This document shows positions 19,633-28,843 of a DNA stretch of 64,000 nucleotides, piece after piece. The translations under genes were made by a program, and so were the position numbers. Within the stretch, counting starts at the first letter, position 1; the number at the start of each line of letters is the position of its first letter. Source of the stretch: Candidatus Bathyarchaeia archaeon (GTDB taxonomy: Archaea > Thermoproteota > Bathyarchaeia > Bathyarchaeales > Bathycorpusculaceae); contig JBEKXL010000001.1 in NCBI GenBank assembly GCA_049512075.1, forward strand, positions 128,001 to 192,000. The letters run 5' to 3'. The notes under the pieces are model-generated. The model made no database searches. It was not told the origin of the DNA and worked only from the letters and a program-made list of their open reading frames with translations.

Positions 19633-19895
19633 GGTTATTCCTAATCATAAACGCGCATCTATTATTAAAAATTTTGTTACGGTAAGCAGGTTCGAACCTC
19701 AGCTGGGAGCCGCAACACTTCAAAAGACCATTATAAAATATCTTTTAGCACTGCCCGAGAATTCATGACAGTTGTTGAACTCGTCGATGGGAAAACCTTG
19801 GAAACCGTTTTTAGAACTAAAAATTTTCTCCTAAAAATGCTTATTAGAAGAGCAGTCCTTGAATTGCGGTCACTGGGAAGCAATGAGGTCTGGAA

Positions 19896-21725
19896 ATGTG
19901 TGGCATATTTGGTTGCGTCTTGAAGGAAGGGAACGCTGCACCACTGATACACGCTGCTCTGAAGAGACTCGAGTACCGTGGCTACGACTCAGTCGGCGTG
20001 GTAACCCTGCACGACGGCAAGCTCTACATGAAGAAAGACCAGGGAAAAATAGATGACGTCCACAAGCTCCACAATCTAGACGATTTGCCCGGCAGCCTGG
20101 GCATCGGGCACACAAGATGGGCAACACACGGTGCCCCCCTGCAAGTGAACGCTCACCCCCACGTTGACTGCAGCGGACGGATAGCTGTTGTTCACAACGG
20201 CATCATAGAGAATTTTGCCGACTTGAAAACGGAGCTTGAAAATCGTGGCCACGTTTTTAAATCCAGAACCGACACTGAAGTGATACCCCACCTCATCGAA
20301 GAAAACCTCAAAAACAACCCTAGCCTGAGCCTTGAGAAGGCGGTGCTAGAAGCAGTAAAAAGACTCGAAGGGTCATACGCAATAGCGGTCGTCTCCACGG
20401 CCGAGCCCAACAAGATAATCTGTGCAAGAAACGAAAGCCCACTAGTAGTCGGAGTCAATCAGGACGCGGCGTACTTTGGCTCCGACATCCCAGCGTTCCT
20501 ACCCTTGACAAACAAGGCAATCATCGTGGATGACGGCGAACTTGTCACGCTTTCAACGGAAGGAGTGGAAATTAAGAAGATTGCTGACTCGAAAACTGTC
20601 AAGCGCGAGCCGAAAATCATTGATTGGACCCCTGAAATGGCGGTCAAGCAGGGCTATCCACACTTCATGATTAAGGAGATTCATGAACAGGCCGAGTGCC
20701 TGAGAAACACGCTCAGGGTGCAGGAGCACTACGCTGATTTGATGGCCACCTTTCTCGACCGTGCACGAGAGGTGTACCTCGCCGCTTGCGGAACATCCTA
20801 CCATGCTTGTTGGGCAGCCTCGTACATGCTTTCAAAGCTTGCTTTCTTGCCAACCTACCCGGTCATCGCTTCCGAGTTCATAGAGCAGCACGGCAAATCC
20901 GTTAACATTGAGAGCACCATCTTGGCCGTGAGTCAATCAGGTGAAACCGCGGACACCCTGGCTGCGGTGAACGCCGCCAGACAGAGGGCAGCAACGATAC
21001 TGGGATTAACCAACACAATCGGTTCAACGTTGACGCGGGTTTCGCGAGTCTACATCGGCCAACAGTCAGGCCCAGAAATTGGAGTGGCGGCAACCAAAAC
21101 GTTCACCTCGCAGCTTTCAGTCATGGCCCAGCTGGCCTTGAGACTGGCAAAGAAGAGAGGCAAGGTTTCGCAGGACGAAATGGACTATTTGGCCGAGAGA
21201 CTGTGCAAGCTGCCGGACACGGTGCAAACGATAATCGACACGCAGGAGGAAAAGGCGAAGCAGATAGCGAAGAAATACAAGGACAAGAAAGACTTCTTCT
21301 TCCTTGGACGCGGAATCAGCACGGCAACGGCTTTTGAAGGCAGGCTTAAACTCATGGAAATAGCCTATGCGCCTGCAATAGCCTTTCCAGCCGGAGAGAG
21401 CAAACACGGCCCGATAAGCCTCATAGAGCCAGGTTTCCCCGTCGTCTTTGTGTGTCCAAAGGATGAGACGCATAAAACGTTGATAGGCAACATAATGGAA
21501 ATGAAAGCCCGAGGAGCCTCAATAATCGCGGTCCTAGAAGAAGATGATGAAGAAATCAAGAACCTTGTTGACGATTACATGGAAGTGCCCAAGGGCGTTC
21601 CCGAAGTTCTGTCACCAATAGCATTCATTATTCCGCTGCAATTATTCGCGTACTACATGGCTGTAGAGAGAGGGTACAACCCGGACATGCCCAGAAACCT
21701 GGCAAAATCAGTCACAGTGAAGTAA
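19896..21725 (+). CDS. glmS: Glutamine-fructose-6-phosphate aminotransferase (isomerizing)
   Basis: MCGIFG N-terminal Cys, LEYRGYDS, GHTRWATHG, SQSGETADT, PRNLAKSVTV. Confidence 0.98.
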   Translation: MCGIFGCVLKEGNAAPLIHAALKRLEYRGYDSVGVVTLHDGKLYMKKDQGKIDDVHKLHNLDDLPGSLGIGHTRWATHGAPLQVNAHPHVDCSGRIAVVHNGIIENFADLKTELENRGHVFKSRTDTEVIPHLIEENLKNNPSLSLEKAVLEAVKRLEGSYAIAVVSTAEPNKIICARNESPLVVGVNQDAAYFGSDIPAFLPLTNKAIIVDDGELVTLSTEGVEIKKIADSKTVKREPKIIDWTPEMAVKQGYPHFMIKEIHEQAECLRNTLRVQEHYADLMATFLDRAREVYLAACGTSYHACWAASYMLSKLAFLPTYPVIASEFIEQHGKSVNIESTILAVSQSGETADTLAAVNAARQRAATILGLTNTIGSTLTRVSRVYIGQQSGPEIGVAATKTFTSQLSVMAQLALRLAKKRGKVSQDEMDYLAERLCKLPDTVQTIIDTQEEKAKQIAKKYKDKKDFFFLGRGISTATAFEGRLKLMEIAYAPAIAFPAGESKHGPISLIEPGFPVVFVCPKDETHKTLIGNIMEMKARGASIIAVLEEDDEEIKNLVDDYMEVPKGVPEVLSPIAFIIPLQLFAYYMAVERGYNPDMPRNLAKSVTVK

Positions 21726-21783
21726 ACAACCCAACATCGATATAGGCCTGCCAGCACAGCCTCATAGTCAACGGTGAGAAGGC

Positions 21784-22764
21784 TTGGAAGTATGGCAGAA
21801 ACTGTTGAGGTTTGATCCCCTCCCTCAGTTACTCTCCTCGAAAAACGATGCAATCGTGTTTTTTGCGAACCGCGACCTGCTAAGTGCGAGAAGAGGTTCC
21901 GTAGAGACGTTGTGGACACTCCCGCCTGCAGCAAAGATGCTAACGAAGCAACAGCAGGATGGTTCTTGGAAGTATCCCGGCGGTAACCTAAGCATTCGTT
22001 CGCGGGCCAACTACAATCAGCTCGAAACGTACCGGATACTAGGGGAACTCGTGGAGAAATACGGGTTCAACAAAAAACATTCCGTCGTGCGAAAGGCCGC
22101 TTCGTTCTTGTTCACATTTCAAACCGATGAAGGAGACTTCAGCGGAATCTATGGAAATCAGTACACTCCAAACTACACCGCAGGAATCATGGAACTTTTG
22201 ATAAAAGCAGGGTACGAGAGTGACTGGCGAATAGAGAAAGGGTTCCAGTGGCTCCTTGCAAAACGGCAGGATGATGGAGGATGGGCCATACCCATCCGAA
22301 CCAGAAACCTGAAGCTAAACGTCATAGCTATGGAAACCGAAACCGTGCAGCCTGACCAGTCAAAGCCCTTCTCCCACCTAGTCACGGGCGTCGTACTCCG
22401 CGCTTTCGCGGCTCACAAAACCTACCGGAGGTCAGATGAAGCGATGGCCGCGGGAAAGCTGCTGGCTTCACGTTTTTTCAGACGAGACTTCTACCCTGAC
22501 CGAGGCACGCCCCAGTACTGGACCAGATTCACCTATCCCTTTTGGTTCACGGATCTGCTGTCTTCACTTGATTCTCTATCGTTCTTTGGGTTCAATTTAT
22601 ACGACTCTCAAGTCAAGACAGCCGTACAGTGGTTTGCTGAAAAGCAGCAGAAAAACGGCCTATGGAACCTGTCCCTTCTGAAGAACGGAAAAAAGAAGGA
22701 TCTCAACACTTGGGTATGCGTGGCAATTTGTCGTGCGATCAAGCGTCTACACGGGGGAGTTTGA
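21784..22764 (+). CDS. Prenyltransferase/squalene-cyclase repeat (alpha/alpha toroid) protein
   Basis: QW-like repeats QQQDGSW, QTDEGDF, RQDDGGW, QQKNGLW. Confidence 0.75.
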   Translation: MEVWQKLLRFDPLPQLLSSKNDAIVFFANRDLLSARRGSVETLWTLPPAAKMLTKQQQDGSWKYPGGNLSIRSRANYNQLETYRILGELVEKYGFNKKHSVVRKAASFLFTFQTDEGDFSGIYGNQYTPNYTAGIMELLIKAGYESDWRIEKGFQWLLAKRQDDGGWAIPIRTRNLKLNVIAMETETVQPDQSKPFSHLVTGVVLRAFAAHKTYRRSDEAMAAGKLLASRFFRRDFYPDRGTPQYWTRFTYPFWFTDLLSSLDSLSFFGFNLYDSQVKTAVQWFAEKQQKNGLWNLSLLKNGKKKDLNTWVCVAICRAIKRLHGGV

Positions 22765-22785
22765 GGCTGACAACGCATTCGTTGT

Positions 22786-23043
22786 TTATGGGCGTTCGAA
22801 GTTAAATGTTACTCCCCGTCGGAGCATGGTGGTTATGCTGTTTTTCAGCTCGTTGTAGCAAGCGCTCAGCCGTTTTGCGTCCTCCTTTGACATCCCTTGT
22901 GAGACTAGTTGTTGCTCAAAGGCTCTTCTGGCTTTTCGCACCCTCCATCCTAAGGTCAAGTACATCCAGAAAAGACTCGTGCCCATTATGGCCAAGTGTG
23001 GAGTTGCCTTGAACACCGCTTTAACCGTTGGCGCTACGCTCAT
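22786..23043 (-). CDS. Small hypothetical protein
   Basis: 85-aa ORF in an apparent operon with the next two genes. Confidence 0.65.
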   Translation of the reverse strand: MSVAPTVKAVFKATPHLAIMGTSLFWMYLTLGWRVRKARRAFEQQLVSQGMSKEDAKRLSACYNELKNSITTMLRRGVTFNFERP

Positions 23044-23082
23044 CCTAATCAGCTCACTCCAAAGTTAGAGAAGACGGAGAGA

Positions 23083-23487
23083 TTATTCTTTCTCCTCTTC
23101 TCCGCTTTCCCTTCCTCGATCTATCGTACGATCGATTCTCTTGTCAAGCTTCTCGCGGATCCTTTTTTCAATTTCCTCGCCTATGTTCTCGCCAGATCTT
23201 TCGCCGTGTCTTCCTCCACCACTGCTTCTAAGCATGTCGCCTATACTGGTGAAGGTTCGCATGTAATCTTCGGTCAGTTTCACCGCTACCTGTTCAGGTA
23301 GCCCGCCGTTCTTCAGTTCTTTGTAGTATGCCGCCGCAGCCTTGCCCATGTTTCTTCCCGCTTCTTCTGAAAATACCGATGCCAAGAGGCTTTTTATTAG
23401 GGTCGGAACCTCAGAGGAGACGACACTGAGTATTTCTTTGATGTTTTCTGGGTCCATCTTTCTGTCCTTTCTTTCGTCATCAACCAT
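23083..23487 (-). CDS. Conserved hypothetical helical protein
   Basis: Strong AGGAGGTGA RBS; motif GRNMGKAAAAYYKELKNGGLP. Confidence 0.8.
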   Translation of the reverse strand: MVDDERKDRKMDPENIKEILSVVSSEVPTLIKSLLASVFSEEAGRNMGKAAAAYYKELKNGGLPEQVAVKLTEDYMRTFTSIGDMLRSSGGGRHGERSGENIGEEIEKRIREKLDKRIDRTIDRGRESGEEEKE

Positions 23488-23759
23488 GTTTTCACCTCCT
23501 AAATCTCTTCACCCTAAATTCAGACGAAGTCTCTGCGAAACAGCCCCAGTTATGACCGCTTCCATTTGAACCCGTTCTGTTAACCGGCATGGGACTGCTT
23601 CAATTATCTTGGGTGAACTTGAATTATTCTCTCCCACAGAGACAAACAGGCTATGCTTTTTACGTGCGTCGTGCAAGTATCCAAACTTCATTTTTTCTCA
23701 GCTCAAACTATTAGAAGAGTGGTCACCAGAGTTAGGTGTTCTGTGCAATAGTGACCAGT

Positions 23760-24317
23760 CTAGTGGTCAGCCTTCTCTGCTAGCTCATAGGTGGGAATAC
23801 GTCCCTCAGCCTTCAACAGGACACCATGCTTCACCAGTTCTTTCACCCTGTCCCGCACTATGCGCCTGCTTGCTTTTCCTCGCATCGACGCCACTTGCCG
23901 CGTGATAGCCGAAATGTTCAAAGCTCCCTTTACAGCCAATGCTTGCACAACGCATCTTGAAATGTCGTCCTGAGCAATCGGCTTCTGGCGCAAGTATTTC
24001 TCAGCACTTTTCAAACGAGAAGCAATCTTCAACGGTTCACCGTACATTCCTATTCCCATCTTCGTCAACCTCAACGCGGCAGCCAGCCCCTCATACTCTG
24101 GCTTCTCAAGAATCAACTCTTCAAGAAGATCAAGTCTCCGAATTATTTGGTCGAGTTTCTTGCTCAATTCTTCCGCATTGGAAACGGAGGCCTCTTCCCC
24201 GCTCAAGTTCTCCCTGCCGCTCAAACGTGATTGAGTTACATAGTCACTCCATTGTTTAAATGGTTGACTACGCAAAAACCTCGGAGGCATAACAAACGTC
24301 CCCGACACAATCATCAA
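23760..24317 (-). CDS. Coiled-coil plus C-terminal winged-helix protein (true start likely ~24190-24250)
   Basis: C-terminal [10 protein letters not shown]...[19 protein letters not shown] wHTH. Confidence 0.7.
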   Translation of the reverse strand: MMIVSGTFVMPPRFLRSQPFKQWSDYVTQSRLSGRENLSGEEASVSNAEELSKKLDQIIRRLDLLEELILEKPEYEGLAAALRLTKMGIGMYGEPLKIASRLKSAEKYLRQKPIAQDDISRCVVQALAVKGALNISAITRQVASMRGKASRRIVRDRVKELVKHGVLLKAEGRIPTYELAEKADH

Positions 24318-24433
24318 TTTACGTCTACAAAGGCGTCACCAATGAGAACGTCTGCCTGCCCACTCAACGTAGCATCGTTTCTTATTCTGTATCTTATCTT
24401 CAAATGCAAATGTGTTAATAACTCACTTTGTGA

Positions 24434-25161
24434 ATGTCTATTATGGTGCTTCGAGTGGAAGGAAGTGAGTGGGAGAAGCTCATCCAGAGCTTGATTAAGG
24501 ATGATATCCTCCGCTCTCCAAAGGTAATCCAGGCAATGCGCTCTGTTCCGAGGGAGAAATTCCTCCCCGAAAACATGCGATCCTACAGCGCTAAAGACAC
24601 GCCGCTTCCGATTGGTTTCGGGCAGACGGCTTCGGCGCCACATAGCCTCGGCTCAGCTCCGAGACTAGGCGAAACATGGTCTCAATCATGAATGAAGCCC
24701 TGCAGTTGGAATTAGGCAACAAAGTTCTCGAAGTCGGAGCGGGTTCAGGCTGGCACGCCGCCACAATAGCGGAGCTGGTTGCACCAAGCGGTGCTCCCCG
24801 GAGCGAATATGGCCATGTCTACACTGTGGAAATAGTTCAGGACTTGGCTGATTTCGCAAGAAAAAACATAATGAAAGCCGGATACGGCGACCGCGTCACA
24901 ATAATCAGCGGCGACGGCTCGCTCGGTTTCCCAGAAAAAGCCCCATATGACAAGATCCTAGTGACTGCAGCGGCGCCAGACATTCCGAAACCGCTAATCG
25001 ACCAGTTAAAATCGGGCGGCATCATGCTAATCCCTGTTGGAAGCGCATCTCTATTCCAAAACCTGATGAAAATAGAAAAAACAAACGGAAAAATCAAAGA
25101 AGAAAACCTCGGCGGAGTGGCGTTCGTACCTCTCACAGGAAAGCACGGCCACAGATTTTAA
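24434..25161 (+). CDS. pcm: Protein-L-isoaspartate O-methyltransferase, interrupted by a putative 32-nt intron (join 24434..24641, 24674..25161)
   Basis: Exon 1 has [10 protein letters not shown]...[13 protein letters not shown]; exon 2 has [42 protein letters not shown]. The joined sequence reads SAPHMV. Confidence 0.92.
24642..24673 (+). other. Putative bulge-helix-bulge (BHB) pre-mRNA intron
   Basis: Central helix CGCC(24636-39)/GGCG(24668-71), 3-nt bulges ACA(24640-42) and AAA(24672-74), intron stem UAG/CUA plus CUCGG/CCGAG. Cutting after the second nt of each bulge removes 32 nt and restores the frame. Confidence 0.85.
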
Positions 25162-25199
25162 CTAATCTTCCCGGTTCTTTTCTCCTAGGCGACGTAGGA

Positions 25200-26501
25200 T
25201 TATTGGATATTAAGTTTATCCCTGTACGCTTCTAGATCCAGCCAGCCGTGTCCGCTGATGTTCATGCATATCGTTTTTTCCGCGCCCGCTCTCTCAGCCT
25301 TAAGCGCTTCGTCTATTCCTGCTCGAACAGCGTAGCTGGACTCGGGGGCGGGCAGCCATCCTTCAGTCTGCACGAACATTCTTGCAGCTTCGAAAATCGA
25401 TTTCTCGTCCACCGGATAACTCACTGCCTTGACGATGTTGTGTTTTTTCAATAGGCTTATGATTGGCCCGGCTGCGTGATAGCGTAAACCGTCAGCCCTA
25501 ATGGGCACCATGTCAGACTTGTGGCCTAAGGTGTACATTTTCAGAAGCGGAGTGTGTTCAGCCACGTCGGCGAAGTCATACCTGTACTCTCCCTTAACAA
25601 GGTTCGGCGCAGCCGCAGTCTGTGCTGCCAAGAATTCGCATTTCCGCTTGCCTTTTAAGACCTCGCCGATGAAGGGAAGAGCTATTCCGCCGAAGTTGGA
25701 GCCGCCGCCCAAGCAAGCGACGATCAAGTCAGGCTTCTCATCAATCATGTCAAACTGTTTAATCGTTTCAAGTCCTATCACCGACTGCTGCATCATAACA
25801 TGATTCAAGACCGAACCCAGACAGTACACACTGTTCTCATGCGCCTCCGTGTACTCCAACCCTTCAGAAATCGCGATGCCCAGAGAACCAGGGCTCTTCG
25901 GATTCTTCGAAAGTATCTCTCTGCCCATCTTCGTTTCCTTGCTAGGGGAAGCAAAAACCTTCGCGCCCAGAAGCTGCATCAAAGTTTTCCTGTCAGTCTT
26001 CCAATCATATACAGATCTAACCCAGAAGACCACGCACTCGAGGTTCAGGAGCTTGGCAGCATACGCGAGCGCCGTCCCCCACTGTCCCGCACCCGTCTCG
26101 GTGCTCAACGTCGTCTTGCCCTCCTTCATCGCGTAGTAAGCCTGCGCAATCGCCGTGTTCGTTTTATGTGAACCCGTCGGAGACAAGTCCTCACGCTTGT
26201 AAAACAGCTTGACCTTCTTCAACCCCAAGCTCCTTTCTAGGCGTTTCGCGCGGTAGAGTGGCCTCGGCCGGCCCATGTGAATGTACAGTTCCCGAATGTC
26301 TTCAGGAATGGAAATCCAGCTTTGAGCTGACATCTCTTGCCCAAGAGACTCTTTAATCATGGTTCTGCCCAGGTACTCCATCCGTGAAGGCCCCGTCTCA
26401 GGCTCCTTCGGAGGGGGAAGCGGCTCGGGCAAGTCGGGCATGATGTTGTACCACTTGGTGGGAAACTCGTCTATCGGCAGCGCAATCTGATCAGGTTTCA
26501 T
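25200..26501 (-). CDS. trpB2: Tryptophan synthase beta chain, TrpB2 type
   Basis: KWYNIMPDLPEPLPPP, SPTGSHKTN (PLP Lys), TETGAGQWG, GGGSNFGG, GLRYH. Confidence 0.95.
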   Translation of the reverse strand: MKPDQIALPIDEFPTKWYNIMPDLPEPLPPPKEPETGPSRMEYLGRTMIKESLGQEMSAQSWISIPEDIRELYIHMGRPRPLYRAKRLERSLGLKKVKLFYKREDLSPTGSHKTNTAIAQAYYAMKEGKTTLSTETGAGQWGTALAYAAKLLNLECVVFWVRSVYDWKTDRKTLMQLLGAKVFASPSKETKMGREILSKNPKSPGSLGIAISEGLEYTEAHENSVYCLGSVLNHVMMQQSVIGLETIKQFDMIDEKPDLIVACLGGGSNFGGIALPFIGEVLKGKRKCEFLAAQTAAAPNLVKGEYRYDFADVAEHTPLLKMYTLGHKSDMVPIRADGLRYHAAGPIISLLKKHNIVKAVSYPVDEKSIFEAARMFVQTEGWLPAPESSYAVRAGIDEALKAERAGAEKTICMNISGHGWLDLEAYRDKLNIQ

Positions 26502-26572
26502 AACCGTTCACTATGTTGGGAAGCCTATAGTATGATGGGTTACGAATTAAAGATTTCCGTTGGTCGCCGTAA

Positions 26573-27607
26573 CTATCCGAACCACTTGTCAAGCGTCGTC
26601 TTTCCCTTTTGACTGGTAATGCCCTTCTGCATCTTCTCCAACGCTTTGCGAACACGGTCTTCGGAAAAGTCTCTCCCCCGGCAGATGAAATCTATCACGC
26701 CTTCTACGTCTGGCGCGCGCCACTCCAGCCTGTAACTGTCCGTCACCTTCGGATGCAGAAAAATCTCCCTAATTCTTTGAGGTTCAACAGGAAACTCTGC
26801 GTTTTCAACATGAACAACGGCTTGCTCTAAGCTTCCATACTGCTTGACCAATTTTAAGGCAGTTTTAGGCCCTAAACCCTTGATCCCGTCAGGGTTGAAG
26901 TCCGTTCCAATCAGTATTCCCACGTCAACCAGCTGCTCATAGGTTATCCCGCACTCGTTCAAAACTTGCTGCAACTCAACCAATTCCGGGACAACGTCAA
27001 TGTACACGTTTTTGCTGGGAAGCTTCCTTCTACCTGAAATGGTGACGTTCCTAACAAACCTCGGAGCGCCGAAGAGCAGGCTGTCATAGTCCTGACTTGC
27101 ACAATAATCAGCGTCTCCACGCTTGGCTACGTGCGCAGCCTGAGCTTCTCCCTCACTGGGCGCCTGAATCCATGGAACACCCATAAAACCCAAAAGCCTC
27201 TTGCTGTCCTCCGCCATGTAATCCTTCAGGTGCGACGTGGCCTGAGCGTACACTCTCGCCTCTTCAGGCTTACCCTCCCTCAACGCCTGCTCGTACCTAA
27301 CCGCAGCCTCCTCCTTCACCCTCATTCGGCGCTTAATCTCCACCTCCTTAAGAGCAGGCGGCGCGCCGTCAAAAACGTAAACAGGCTTTATCCCCAACTC
27401 CACTAAATTGCTCGTCCGATAAAGCAACCCGCTCAGGTGGCTCGTGACCCTTCCACTGCTGTCCTTCAACGGCGTACCGTCAGGCTGACGAATGATGGCC
27501 AAAAACTGGTACAAAGCGTTGTAGGCGTCTATGGCAATGGATTTGCCGCCAAAATCCTCAAGCTTGACAACTGTTTTGGGAACGAGGTCGCGGAGGTTTA
27601 CGCCCAA
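26573..27607 (-). CDS. fen: Flap endonuclease 1
   Basis: TTG start giving (M)GVNLRDL; DAYNALYQFL, APSEGEAQA, SQDYDSLLFG, GTDFN; C-terminal PIP-box-like KTTLDKWF. Confidence 0.97.
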   Translation of the reverse strand: MGVNLRDLVPKTVVKLEDFGGKSIAIDAYNALYQFLAIIRQPDGTPLKDSSGRVTSHLSGLLYRTSNLVELGIKPVYVFDGAPPALKEVEIKRRMRVKEEAAVRYEQALREGKPEEARVYAQATSHLKDYMAEDSKRLLGFMGVPWIQAPSEGEAQAAHVAKRGDADYCASQDYDSLLFGAPRFVRNVTISGRRKLPSKNVYIDVVPELVELQQVLNECGITYEQLVDVGILIGTDFNPDGIKGLGPKTALKLVKQYGSLEQAVVHVENAEFPVEPQRIREIFLHPKVTDSYRLEWRAPDVEGVIDFICRGRDFSEDRVRKALEKMQKGITSQKGKTTLDKWFG

Positions 27608-27811
27608 AAGTGACCCCGCAGAACATAGCGTCAAATCGCAGTAATAAACTTGCGCGCCCCTGCGCATCGAGGTCCAAAAGGCTTGAGGACTGTCTCGACG
27701 TAGTTGACGTTTTTCGTAAAATCATGTTTGGATCATACAGCAGACCGGGGCAGGTTGTGCCAGAGAACACGCTAACACGGAAACTGGAGAACATTGAATG
27801 ATAGCGCGTGT

Positions 27812-28089
27812 CGTAGACGGCAACGGCGAAGCAAGCCTGCCAGACCTGACCGTTCTGGCTTTGTATCACGGGCAACACCACCTACAAGTCCCTGACTCAT
27901 ACATTGAAAATTACATCTGACATTACAAATAAAAGGGCGAGTCAACTCTGAACAGTGGTCCAGACTGATTTTCTTCATGGTTTGTAACAATACACATTAC
28001 ATCGGACATTACAAGTGAAAAAGAGGAGCGACTTCGCTGGGCTATGATGCAAAAGGTGTTTCAGCACACTTGGATTAGCAGCGCGCGCT
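27812..28089 (+). repeat. Copy A of a ~270-bp dispersed repeat (dockerin-tail relic plus two ATTACATCTGACATTACAA boxes)
   Basis: Aligns by eye with the reverse complement of 43746-44010; long identical runs and scattered substitutions or indels. Confidence 0.95.
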
Positions 28090-28220
28090 GGGTTTTGGGG
28101 TTCTTTGAATAAGGACTCTTTTGCAGTGGCGTATGGGGAGAATCCTGCGGCATCGTTTAGCAGTTCTGACCATGACATCAGCAGAAGTGCATGTAAGTGC
28201 TTCCATGCGAATTGTGTCTC

Positions 28221-28234
28221 AAACGATTTATAAG
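28221..28234 (+). promoter_or_regulatory. Putative BRE-TATA promoter for the Zn-ribbon/EF-1beta operon
   Basis: AAACGATTTATAAG about 42 nt upstream of ATG 28276. Confidence 0.5.
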
Positions 28235-28275
28235 GAAGAGTCACAATTACAGAACCGTCACCGAGGACGTTCACC

Positions 28276-28464
28276 ATGACTGAAAGAGCAGCAACGTTAA
28301 TACTGGTCACGTGTACAAGCTGCAACAAACCCATCCCGCCTGGAGGGGAGGCAACCAAGTTCATGTGCCCAAGCTGCGGAGAAATCCAGATAAAACGTTG
28401 CAGAAAATGCCGCAAATTCGGACGCCCCTACAAGTGCCCCAAGTGCGGTTTCATCGGCCCATAG
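28276..28464 (+). CDS. Small double Zn-ribbon protein (DUF1610/HVO_2753-like)
   Basis: [21 protein letters not shown]; in the conserved position upstream of EF-1beta. Confidence 0.9.
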   Translation: MTERAATLILVTCTSCNKPIPPGGEATKFMCPSCGEIQIKRCRKCRKFGRPYKCPKCGFIGP

Positions 28465-28479
28465 AATGAAGCGGAGGAC

Positions 28480-28764
28480 ATGTTGAAGATGGGTTCTGTA
28501 ATAGTAACGTACAAGGTTTTTCCAACAGACATAATAAACGATTTTGGCCCCATGAAAAAGAACCTGGAAACCATCCTGCCAGCTTCTTCGTCTGTCCACG
28601 GCTACGGCGAAGAACTCGTGGCCTACGGCTTGAAAGCCCTGCTGGTTCAAGTCAAGTTCCCAGAAGACCAGACAGGCCTCGTTGACGAGTTCGAAAAGAA
28701 GCTTGAAACCATGGAAGGCGTGAGCCAAGTGCAGACGCTCATGGTTCGCAGAACAAGCAGATAG
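28480..28764 (+). CDS. ef1b: Elongation factor 1-beta
   Basis: KVFPTD, EELVAYGLKAL, EGVSQVQ; synteny with the Zn-ribbon gene. Confidence 0.9.
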   Translation: MLKMGSVIVTYKVFPTDIINDFGPMKKNLETILPASSSVHGYGEELVAYGLKALLVQVKFPEDQTGLVDEFEKKLETMEGVSQVQTLMVRRTSR

Positions 28765-28843
28765 CTCCTAACCTTTGGTTAAGACATTTATATCGGAACA
28801 CTCTTTTGTTTCGAAACGCAGAATTGTTGTGGAAGGATTCTAG

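Noticed and set aside
19680-19720. GGTTCGAACC as a tRNA T-loop (also GGTTCGAC near 62444)
   Set aside because: No surrounding cloverleaf or acceptor stem could be built.
24434-25161. pcm as a simple pseudogene or as two independent genes
   Set aside because: Both halves are intact, the break lies within a conserved motif, and the 32-nt insert has exact BHB geometry. A short ACAT duplication at the ends was noted but does not explain the pairing.
27910-28014. CRISPR mini-array from the 19-bp direct repeats
   Set aside because: Only two units with a 67-nt spacer that is conserved between both copies; no cas genes.
27772-28415. ORFs 27772..27990, 27975..28415, 43835..44035 and 43905..44246 as real genes
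   Set aside because: They overlap the repeat element or lie antisense to the Zn-ribbon gene, their ends differ between copies, and only the dockerin-like fragment looks protein-derived.
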